Assembly: GCA_020073705.1 (NCBI GenBank)
Contig: JAIQES010000010.1
Coordinates: 20,166 to 84,165, forward strand
Reading direction: 5' to 3'
Length of the DNA stretch: 64,000 bases
Source of the DNA: Terriglobia bacterium
GTDB taxonomy: Bacteria > Acidobacteriota > Terriglobia > Acidiferrales > UBA7541
Shown: positions 10,839-18,534 of the stretch, piece by piece
How positions within the stretch are numbered: the first letter of the stretch is position 1
Layout: the number at the start of each line of letters is the position of its first letter
Notes under the pieces: generated by a model
What the model was told of the DNA's origin: nothing
The model's database searches: none
Seen by the model: the letters and a program-made list of their open reading frames with translations, nothing else
Program-made: the position numbers and the translations under genes

Positions 10839-11243
10839 TTGAAGAAACTGTACATCGGTAATCTTCCTTTCCAGGCGACGGAAGAGCAGATCAATACCTT
10901 ATTCACCCAAACGGGAGTCACCGCGGCGGCTGTCACCCTGGTGCGCGACCGTTTTTCAGGGCAACCACGCGGGTTCGGGTTTGTCGAGGTCCAAAGTGAC
11001 GAAGAAGCCGACCGCGCCATTCAGAGTCTAAACGGCCATGATTTCATGGGCCGCAACATTGTCGTCAACGAAGCCCGTCCCCCCCGTGAAGGTGGCGGTG
11101 GTGGAGGCGGGCGCGGGCGTGGCGGCTTCGGCGGTGGTGGAGGCGGCGGACGAGGTGGCGGCGGTGGCGGACGAGGTGGCGGCGGAGGAGGCCGGGACCG
11201 CGGTGATCGTGGCGGCGGTGGCGGCGGCGATCGTCGCTGGTAA
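10839..11243 (+). CDS. RRM-type RNA-binding protein with Gly/Arg-rich (RGG) tail
   Basis: 134 aa with a TTG start and an AAGGAG RBS at 10826..10831. RNP2 is LYIGNL and RNP1 is RGFGFVEV. The tail is made of GGGRGG repeats. Confidence 0.9.
   Translation: MKKLYIGNLPFQATEEQINTLFTQTGVTAAAVTLVRDRFSGQPRGFGFVEVQSDEEADRAIQSLNGHDFMGRNIVVNEARPPREGGGGGGGRGRGGFGGGGGGGRGGGGGGRGGGGGGRDRGDRGGGGGGDRRW
11145..11186 (+). repeat. tandem 21-bp repeat (x2) inside the RGG tail coding region
   Basis: GGCGGACGAGGTGGCGGCGGT at 11145..11165 is repeated at 11166..11186 with one change. It sits inside a GGN-rich tract spanning about 11089..11240. Confidence 0.8.
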
Positions 11244-11270
11244 TCGCCTTCAACCAGAAGAATGACTTAG

Positions 11271-11310
11271 AAACCGGGGAGCCTCAAACAGCTCCCCGGT
11301 TTCATTTTCT
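11271..11310 (+). terminator. rho-independent terminator of the RRM gene
   Basis: Stem AAACCGGGGAGC (11271..11282), loop CTCAAACA, then stem GCTCCCCGGTTT (11291..11302), followed by CATTTTCT. Confidence 0.75.
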
Positions 11311-11492
11311 GCCACCCCTGGGTGGCCGCCCAGTTCCGCACCGCGGACGAACCCCTGGCCAATTCCCTCGCCGCGCACTTTCCGGTCAAGTGGCTTGGAG
11401 CAGCATAGAAGCCGGGGCATAGATCCTAAGGCTTGGGACCACATGTTCCGGTCGGGGGCAGTCAAGACAAGGAATGAAAAGGGATTAACCCG

Positions 11493-12251
11493 TCATGCGG
11501 GCTTTACATATCTAATCGGGTTCCGAGCCTTGCCAAGGATACGCCGGACGGAGAATCCCACATATCCATCGCGCACATCATGGGCAACAAGACCTTGGAA
11601 CTCCCACCTGCCGGAACTCTTGAAGCCTCTGGAATCACGCGTTTTGTACCTGAGGCTGCCAGCGGGCAACCATCGTCGTATTCGGTAGACCTCTCTAACG
11701 ATTCCTTGGTATACAGCCATCGCAAGTTCAGCCTTGTCGCGTTTAGGGCCTATCTTCCAAACTCCTCGGGTAGCTTCGTAGAGTTCTTCAGCCGTCATTT
11801 CGCTTCGATAAAGGCGATTAATAATGATCAGAATTGCCTCGTGCTCAATCTTCGCTGGTTTCGCGGTTAGCATAGTAATCAGGTCCTTAGAAGATATTCG
11901 ACCGAAAGTGCCTCTGTGATTTCCTCTCACTGCATTAGTCAGCTTCGAAAACCCCACAAGGTCAATCGCCGCTGCTTCAACGAGCGAGGCTTCATCGTTT
12001 GTCATCCCATACCTTAGTATGTCTATTCTTGGTTCGCACCCGGACTTTCGTATCGCGGTTATCCTGGCAACTTTTTTCATCTTGTTTCGCTCATTGAGAT
12101 GAGCAAACGATCGATTTCCCTTGCCCCTCCCAACGTAAAACGACTCGCTGTTGCGAGGATCCACGTACACGTACACATATGATTTCAGAATTTTTGTCAT
12201 CTCAGGAGCGAATTTCAGAATCTTCCGTTTGGAATCTTTCGGCACGCTCAT
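11493..12251 (-). CDS. GIY-YIG nuclease-like protein with uncharacterised C-terminal domain
   Basis: 252 aa. The N-terminus YVYVYVDPRNSESFYVGRGKGNRSFAHL ... EASLVEAAAIDLVGFSKLTNAVRG fits the GIY-YIG pattern (GIY/YIG tyrosines, Arg, Glu, Asn). The C-terminal ~140 aa (ATRGVWKIGPKRDKAELAMAVYQGIVREVYRIRRW) is not assigned. The gene is visibly AT-richer than its neighbours. Confidence 0.65.
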   Translation of the reverse strand: MSVPKDSKRKILKFAPEMTKILKSYVYVYVDPRNSESFYVGRGKGNRSFAHLNERNKMKKVARITAIRKSGCEPRIDILRYGMTNDEASLVEAAAIDLVGFSKLTNAVRGNHRGTFGRISSKDLITMLTAKPAKIEHEAILIIINRLYRSEMTAEELYEATRGVWKIGPKRDKAELAMAVYQGIVREVYRIRRWLPAGSLRYKTRDSRGFKSSGRWEFQGLVAHDVRDGYVGFSVRRILGKARNPIRYVKPA

Positions 12252-12254
12252 GCC

Positions 12255-13499
12255 TCACGCGGTGGCAGACTTGAACGATTCCACTTTTTCGACGCGGCCT
12301 GCGGCGTAGCGGTATCGCTCAATGGCTAAGGTGTCGATACCCTGGCGGATCAGCGCTTCGATGTCTAGCGCACTTTCGGCCTCATCGAGTTCTTTGGCGG
12401 AGGCGTGCAGCGCGGGGTTGCGCGGCAAGAAGATCGGGCAGCAATCGTGGAAAGGTTCGGCGGAGATATCGTGCGTGCCAATTTTTCGCGCGGCAGCCAT
12501 GATTTCGAGTTTGTCATCTCCCACAAGCGGGCGGTACAGCGGCATGCGCACGGCGTCGCCGACCGCCGCCATGTTGCGCAGCGTTTGCGAAGCCACCTGG
12601 CCGAGGCTGTCGCCGGTAATCAGCCCGAGCGCGTGGTCGGCGCGCGCGATTCGCTCGGCGATGCGCAACATCATGCGGCGATAGAGCAGAATGCGGAATT
12701 CTTCCGGCGCGCTCGCCATAATCTCCCGCTGGACCGGCTCGAACGGCACCAGGTAAAGCTTCGCCGAAAATTGCCATGGCACCAGCCGCCGCACCAGTTC
12801 CCGCGCCACGTGCGCCGAAGACTCGCCCGGCAGCGCCCCGCCGCCCCAAAAATGCACGAAGCTCAGGTGCGCGCCGCGCTTCATCATCTTGTGCGCGGCC
12901 ACGGCCGAATCGAATCCGCCGGAGAGCAGACACACCATCCGCCCGGCCGTGTTTGGCGGGAGCCCACCCGCGCCGGGGATTTTTCGCGCATAGACGAGCA
13001 GCGAAGGACCGGGCGGGATTTCAATGCGGCAGGTTAGTTCTGGATCGTTCAGCTTAACGCGGACGTTGCGTCCTTCGGCGCGCAACTGATCGGCCAAATA
13101 CTGGCCCACCGAAACTTCGATGTCGGAGGTGTGATGCGGGAAGGACTTGTCGCTGCGTTTGGCGCGCACCGCGAAGGTCGAAAATTTCTCGCTGCGAACT
13201 TCTTCCCACGCCGCGCGTCCGAGTGCCGCGAGATCCCCATCGCCAGTGCGTGGCGCCTCCCGGGCGACGGCATAAAACGCTACGCCAAACACGCGTTCGA
13301 TTCGCGCAACCGCCTCCTCGGCCAGCGCGCCTTCGCCGAACTCAATCAGCAGGCGGTCGCCCGGCCGAAGGATGCGCGCAACCGGCAGGCCTTCCAGGGC
13401 GCGCTTCAATGCATTGTGCAGTTTACTCAGAAAAAAGCGGCGGTTCCCGCCCTTTAGCCAGAGCTCGTGGTAGTGAACGACGATGACAAGTTTCGACAT
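12255..13499 (-). CDS. thiI: tRNA 4-thiouridine(8) synthase ThiI
   Basis: 414 aa. N-terminal ferredoxin-like/THUMP region and the PP-loop LLSGGFDSAVAA. Confidence 0.9.
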   Translation of the reverse strand: MSKLVIVVHYHELWLKGGNRRFFLSKLHNALKRALEGLPVARILRPGDRLLIEFGEGALAEEAVARIERVFGVAFYAVAREAPRTGDGDLAALGRAAWEEVRSEKFSTFAVRAKRSDKSFPHHTSDIEVSVGQYLADQLRAEGRNVRVKLNDPELTCRIEIPPGPSLLVYARKIPGAGGLPPNTAGRMVCLLSGGFDSAVAAHKMMKRGAHLSFVHFWGGGALPGESSAHVARELVRRLVPWQFSAKLYLVPFEPVQREIMASAPEEFRILLYRRMMLRIAERIARADHALGLITGDSLGQVASQTLRNMAAVGDAVRMPLYRPLVGDDKLEIMAAARKIGTHDISAEPFHDCCPIFLPRNPALHASAKELDEAESALDIEALIRQGIDTLAIERYRYAAGRVEKVESFKSATA

Positions 13500-13874
13500 C
13501 TCGACAGATTCCCCGGAGGGTGATCGGATGCCGTGAGTATAACAGCCGGGCGCCGCGGTTGCCTATCGTCCTGGAATAGGTCCTGGGGCGGGCCGGCAAG
13601 CGCCGCAAAGGAATGACGCGGGATGGTTTGCAGCGTTGTTCCACGTGAAACGCTGCCTCGTTCCGGCTTGCCTGGCGTTCGAACAAGCCATTGACGCTGA
13701 TTTGGGCAGGTAGAGGAATATTTCTCTTTCGTAACACGCCTGAAACATTCTGGAGTCTATGCTGGACGCGGCAGGGCTTGTGTCGTATACGGGGAGCATA
13801 CCCACGCGGGCACCGGGAAGCGACCATGGGGACATCTGGCGCATCTGATGTTTCAAGCGTTCTGAGTCCCGGAG

Positions 13875-14168
13875 ATGCAGGAGCGAGCGATGTGGGACAA
13901 AAACGATTGGCACCAATTTTTTGCGATTGCGAATCGCCCTTGGCAGCGACACCGTCCGCCGCGCCCGGTCTACCCGAGCGGCGCCCAGCGAGTGCTTCCG
14001 GCCATTGGATTCAGCCTCTCTGAGCTGGACGATGCCGGAATCAACGTGGAAGCTGCCGAGCGCTTGGGCCTTCCCGTCGATGCCGCCCGTATCGGCGCCT
14101 ACGGACCCAATGTCTCCGCGCTGCGCGAGTTCGTCCGCTCCGCGCGCCAACCGGGAAGACCGGGATAA
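13875..14168 (+). CDS. small protein with ribosomal protein L13e-like segment
   Basis: 97 aa. AIGFSLSELDDAGINVEAAERLGLPVDAARIGAYGPNVSALREFVRS aligns by eye with the eukaryotic L13e core [48 protein letters not shown]. The start is uncertain, with an alternative Met 6 codons downstream. Confidence 0.5.
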   Translation: MQERAMWDKNDWHQFFAIANRPWQRHRPPRPVYPSGAQRVLPAIGFSLSELDDAGINVEAAERLGLPVDAARIGAYGPNVSALREFVRSARQPGRPG

Positions 14169-14247
14169 TTCAGCCCAATTCCTGATATTTTTCGCATTGA
14201 CGCCGGGCAAACTTCCGGTAAACTGCCCCTTTCGTATCGAGACGGTG

Positions 14248-14556
14248 ATGCAGACTGAAACCAACCCGACACTTCCAGCCGCGGCCAACGCGGTCGAAGA
14301 GGCCCAGCACGACTTTGACTACCCGCAGCGGGAGGCGGCCTTCTTCTACGGTCTGTTCTTGCGTGGCCACTCCGCCGAAGAACTCCGCCGCGATATTGAA
14401 GTTCCGCAAGCGGTGCTGCTCAAATGGCATCGTGAGGCCGAGCGCGAACCCACCCTGCGCGATGTCTTCACCCGCATGGCCGAATACCGCCGCCACGTTC
14501 TCGCTATCTTCGAAACTCTGGTCGACACCGAGTCCCGCCCCCAACGCGTGCAATAA
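14248..14556 (+). CDS. hypothetical protein
   Basis: In-frame ATG at 14248 within track ORF 13921..14556, giving MQTETNPTLPAAANAVEEAQHDFDYPQREAAFFYGLFLRGHSAEELRRDIEVPQAVLLKWHREAE... It has protein-like composition and the same orientation as the L13e-like ORF. No family was recognised. Confidence 0.45.
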   Translation: MQTETNPTLPAAANAVEEAQHDFDYPQREAAFFYGLFLRGHSAEELRRDIEVPQAVLLKWHREAEREPTLRDVFTRMAEYRRHVLAIFETLVDTESRPQRVQ

Positions 14557-14620
14557 GAACATACGCTTTTTTATTTGGTTATTTCGTCTCGCAACACGAA
14601 GACGGAGCCCGTGTTAGACT

Positions 14621-15898
14621 TTGCGGGAGCCTTGCATAATGCTGCATCGCGAGCGATCGGCAATTAGTTGGATTGACGTCCTCTGGCTGGCCTTCCTGGG
14701 CGGACTGGCCCTGCTCCCGCCGGTCCGGGAAACTCACAAACAATTGGCGCTTCTTGCGATTGTTGTGTTTCAGCTCTTTGAGGGCTGGTTAATCAACCGC
14801 CTACCTCAGCGCGGTCGTGCCTATAGCGTCGCCATCAAGATTTTGCTGGCGACCCTTCTGGTCATACACACTGGCGGAACGGGAATCAACAGCAGCTATT
14901 ACCCTATTTACTTACTGCCCGTGGTGAGTGCGGCCATCTACTTTGGCCCGATTGCGACTTTGATCTGGACCACACTAGCGTCACTTGCTTACGTTTCTCT
15001 CCTGATCCCGGCGCTGCAGGAATACGAGCTAACCTCCGCTGGAGCTACCGTACTTACCATCCGGGTGCTCTTCTTTTTCATCGCGGCCATCCTGGTCAAC
15101 CGCTTTGTGATGGAAAATCGGCGTCAGGTCGAACGGCTGCAGATTCTTTCGGAGAAGCTGGAAGAGACCAATCACCAGTTGCGGCGAGCCGAAGCCGAAG
15201 CGCGACGCGCGGAGCGCCTGGCTGCGCTGGGACAGCTTTCCGCCGGGCTCGCGCACGAAATCCGGAATCCGCTGGGCGTGATCAAAGGCTCGGCGGAAAT
15301 GTTGAGCCAGAAAGTGAAGGATTCGCAGCCGCTCGTGGCCGAGCTGGCGGGCTACATCTCGTCCGAAGTAAACCGCCTGAACGCGCTCATCGCGCGATTC
15401 CTCGATTTTGCGCGGCCCTCGCGCCTCGAATTGCGTCCGGAGCCCATTTCCGAAATCGTGGATCGCGCGCTCGAGGCAACTGCGGCTTCGTTCCCGGATG
15501 CGAAAGTAAAAGTCGAACGCCAGTACGCTCAGGGCCTGCCCGAAATTCAGGCGGACCGCCAGCTCTGCGAGCAGGTTTTCGTCAATTTGATTACGAATGC
15601 GTTTCAGGCAATGGAGGGACAGGAGGACGGGACGCTGCGTCTGTCGATTGCGCCGGAAGTCTCAAATGGCGAACCGGGCGTTTGCGTGACCGTCGAAGAT
15701 TCCGGCGCCGGCGTGCCGCCCGAGTTGCGCGAGCAGATCTTCAATCCATTTTTCACGTCGAAGAAGGAAGGAGTGGGCCTGGGGCTGTCAATCGTCGCCA
15801 AGATCGTGGACGACCATCGCGGCTCGATCCGCCTGGACAGCGACACGATCCGCGGCGCTCGCTTCCGCGTGTTTTTTCCGCAGGCAGCATCGAGCTAG
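14621..15898 (+). CDS. membrane sensor histidine kinase (NtrB/AtoS-like)
   Basis: 425 aa. About five predicted TM segments, a coiled linker, the H-box LAHEIRNPL, and N/G boxes (NLITNAFQAM, DSGAGV, GVGLGLS). Confidence 0.85.
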   Translation: MREPCIMLHRERSAISWIDVLWLAFLGGLALLPPVRETHKQLALLAIVVFQLFEGWLINRLPQRGRAYSVAIKILLATLLVIHTGGTGINSSYYPIYLLPVVSAAIYFGPIATLIWTTLASLAYVSLLIPALQEYELTSAGATVLTIRVLFFFIAAILVNRFVMENRRQVERLQILSEKLEETNHQLRRAEAEARRAERLAALGQLSAGLAHEIRNPLGVIKGSAEMLSQKVKDSQPLVAELAGYISSEVNRLNALIARFLDFARPSRLELRPEPISEIVDRALEATAASFPDAKVKVERQYAQGLPEIQADRQLCEQVFVNLITNAFQAMEGQEDGTLRLSIAPEVSNGEPGVCVTVEDSGAGVPPELREQIFNPFFTSKKEGVGLGLSIVAKIVDDHRGSIRLDSDTIRGARFRVFFPQAASS

Positions 15899-15945
15899 AC
15901 AAATTTGTCTCCAAATCTTGCAAAGCCCTGGAGTCCCATCCGCGC

Positions 15946-16755
15946 CTAAATCTGCGAGTAGGCGGTCGGGGTCAGAATAAAGTTGTTAACGTTGGAAACG
16001 ATTGGCTCAAATGAGTACCGGGGCTGGCTTGAATAAGCTTTCCACTCGTCGGAACCTCGGAAGGCAGCCCATTTCTTGTCCCGGTCCGCCATGCTATCGA
16101 AGGCCAGCATGTAGGTCAGGTTTGGCAGCCGTGTCCCGATGAGCGTATCGCTGTAAAACACCTGCTCGACACCAGCTTTAGAGAAGATTCCCGATTCGCC
16201 CGCCTGCATCATCTCCACCTTCCGCTTATGATCCTGATCGGTGGCAGCTTCATAGATCCGAAGCTCGAATATTCGCGGGGCGCGCGTCGCAGTTGCCGCC
16301 GGTAGCACGATCCTGGGCCATTTCTCAAACGCCTGCAGAAACGAACTCTCCATCCGGTCGAACGCAGGCTCCTTGGCGGGAGCGTTCAGAAAGGGAGCCC
16401 CAACTTTCATGTACTCAGCATCCTGTGCCAAGCGGGTTTCCACCGTCGCCAGCGCTTCCGCCGAAAGGCTCGGCATCAGCACGTAAATGGAAGGCGTCTC
16501 CGGCCCAATCGAAAGATCGAATACGCCGACGGGAGAGATCGACAGGCGGTTCAGAGCGGGGAGGAGCGCATCGCGGAAAAAATCATCGCACAGCTTTCTC
16601 TGCGGCCCGTTGATGATGTGATAGCGCCGGAGCTGGTAAAACTCCCGGCCCATTCCTTGCGCGGCTCCTTGCGCAGCCTCTAAATAGCTGCCTGGCGCGG
16701 TAACAGCAAGCGCCGATGCCGCGAGCGATGAAGTCAGAAATTTTCGCCGTTTCAT
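15946..16755 (-). CDS. NIPSNAP family protein with twin-arginine signal peptide
   Basis: Start taken at MKRRKFLTSSLAASALAVTAPG (ATG 16755..16753). Two NIPSNAP-like halves are present (YQLRRYHI..., FELRIYEA...). Confidence 0.65.
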   Translation of the reverse strand: MKRRKFLTSSLAASALAVTAPGSYLEAAQGAAQGMGREFYQLRRYHIINGPQRKLCDDFFRDALLPALNRLSISPVGVFDLSIGPETPSIYVLMPSLSAEALATVETRLAQDAEYMKVGAPFLNAPAKEPAFDRMESSFLQAFEKWPRIVLPAATATRAPRIFELRIYEAATDQDHKRKVEMMQAGESGIFSKAGVEQVFYSDTLIGTRLPNLTYMLAFDSMADRDKKWAAFRGSDEWKAYSSQPRYSFEPIVSNVNNFILTPTAYSQI

Positions 16756-16922
16756 GGAAACCCTCCCGTGCGAGCCTATGAGCGCTAGCACACTGTTTTG
16801 CCTGGTATCCTCACACAATTCAAATTGCGTGTCTACCGTCGGCACATTTGCGGCTTCACTTTGCTGTAGACGTGCTGGCACAATAGAGAAACGGCCCGGC
16901 TGGCCGCGGCATCGAACCCTGC

Positions 16923-18305
16923 GTGAACACGCGCCACGAAAAAGCGGCGATTCTCGTCGTCGAAGACGAAGCCAAGATGAGGCGGTTGCTCGAACTGCAG
17001 CTTGGCGAGGAGGGCTTCATCGTTCACTCCGCGGCCGACGCGGAAACCGGCCTGCAACTCCTGGCCCGCGAAAAAATCGATCTCGTCGTGACCGACCTGC
17101 GCCTGCCGGGAATGAGCGGGCTCGAATTTTTGCAGGCTGTGAAGCGCGTGAACGCCGCGCTCCCCGTGGTTGTGATGACGGCGTACGGCACGGTCGAATC
17201 GGCCGTGGAAGCAATGAAAATCGGCGCGAGCGACTATGTGACAAAGCCGTTTTCGCTTGCCGAACTCGTGCTGGTAATTCGCAAGGAGCTGGATTCGCAC
17301 CGCCTCCGCGAAGAAAATCGCTCCTTGCGCGAGGCCCTGGGGCGGCGCTACGCCTATGACAACATCGTGGCGCAGAGCGATAAGATGCAGGCCGTGCTGG
17401 CGCTGGTCGAGCGCGTGGCGCCGACCAACTCCACGGTCCTGCTGGGCGGCGAAAGCGGCGTCGGAAAAGACCTGATCGCCCGCGCCATTCACGAGCATTC
17501 GCAACGCGCCTCCGGCCCATTCATCAAGATCAACAGCTCGGCGATCCCGGAAACCCTGCTGGAAAGCGAACTGTTCGGATACGAAAAGGGCGCGTTTTCC
17601 GGCGCGTCAGCAAGCAAACCGGGAAAATTCGAGCTGGCCGACAAGGGCACGTTGTTTCTGGACGAAATCGGCGACGTGCCGGCGGCCATCCAGGTAAAGC
17701 TCCTGCGCGTGCTCCAAGACCGCGAGTTCGAGCGCCTGGGCGGAACGAAAACACACAAAGTGGATGTGCGCCTGGTCGCCGCCACCAACCGCGACCTCCG
17801 CGCCGCGCTCGAAGAAGGCACGTTTCGCGAGGACCTATACTACAGGCTGAACGTCGTGGCCATCGACATCCCTCCGCTGCGCGACCACAAGGAAGACATT
17901 CCCGCGCTCGCCAATTTTTTTCTCGAGCGTTGCGCGCGCGAATCCGGGAAGCCCGCCGGCGGAATTTCACCCGAAGCCATGAAGCGGTTGATGGAGTATC
18001 ACTGGCCGGGAAATGTCCGCGAGTTGCAGAACATCATCGAGCGCGGCGTCACGCTTTCCTCCGGCGCCACGCTCGACGCCACCGACATTTATCTCGACGA
18101 TCCCGCCGCGCGCGCCGCTTCCAGCACGCCGCATGTCCTGCCGCCCGGCATGACGCTCGAACAATGGGAAGACGAGACCATCCGCGAAGCCCTGCGCCGC
18201 GCCGGCGGCAACAAAAGCCAGGCCGCCCGCGCCCTCGGCCTCTCCCGCAACGCCCTCCGCTACCGCCTCTCGAAACTGGGCGTGCCGGATCTCCCGGAAC
18301 ACTAA
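16923..18305 (+). CDS. sigma-54-dependent response regulator (NtrC family)
   Basis: 460 aa. REC domain (ILVVEDE...DLVVTDLRLPGMSG), AAA+ domain with GESGVGKD and GAFSGA (GAFTGA-type) motifs, and a C-terminal Fis-type HTH. Confidence 0.9.
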   Translation: MNTRHEKAAILVVEDEAKMRRLLELQLGEEGFIVHSAADAETGLQLLAREKIDLVVTDLRLPGMSGLEFLQAVKRVNAALPVVVMTAYGTVESAVEAMKIGASDYVTKPFSLAELVLVIRKELDSHRLREENRSLREALGRRYAYDNIVAQSDKMQAVLALVERVAPTNSTVLLGGESGVGKDLIARAIHEHSQRASGPFIKINSSAIPETLLESELFGYEKGAFSGASASKPGKFELADKGTLFLDEIGDVPAAIQVKLLRVLQDREFERLGGTKTHKVDVRLVAATNRDLRAALEEGTFREDLYYRLNVVAIDIPPLRDHKEDIPALANFFLERCARESGKPAGGISPEAMKRLMEYHWPGNVRELQNIIERGVTLSSGATLDATDIYLDDPAARAASSTPHVLPPGMTLEQWEDETIREALRRAGGNKSQAARALGLSRNALRYRLSKLGVPDLPEH

Positions 18306-18534
18306 AGTTAAGTACTGGTGACTGCCTCGCGAAGCGTGGGCACGCATAGCCCAGTATGTAGCTTGGCTGTTGTGTCAAGCAGCTCGGCCCGCCCGGGAAC
18401 GTCGGTTCGACGCATCACCGGAAGACACTTCGAATGCCAATTCTGTTCAATTTGGTTACAATGCCTTCACACAACGGCACTCGATATGATCAACGAAAAG
18501 GCGACACGATCCGCAATCTTCGCGAAGCAGTGAG

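Noticed and set aside
13563-14288. Minus-strand 241-aa ORF and plus-strand ORF 13921..14556 upstream part.
   Set aside because: They overlap the L13e-like ORF and the thiI upstream region, have no motifs and show low-complexity composition. Only the downstream in-frame part (14248..14556) is retained, as hypothetical.
18306-18534. Search for a sigma-54 (-24 TGGCAC / -12 TTGC) promoter upstream of the multiheme cytochrome, and in 16756..16922 around the regulator gene.
   Set aside because: Only near-misses were found: TGGGCACGCATAGCCC, CGGCACATTTGC with the wrong spacing, and TAGCACACTGTTTTGCC lacking the GG. None has the correct GG-N10-GC geometry, so no promoter is reported.
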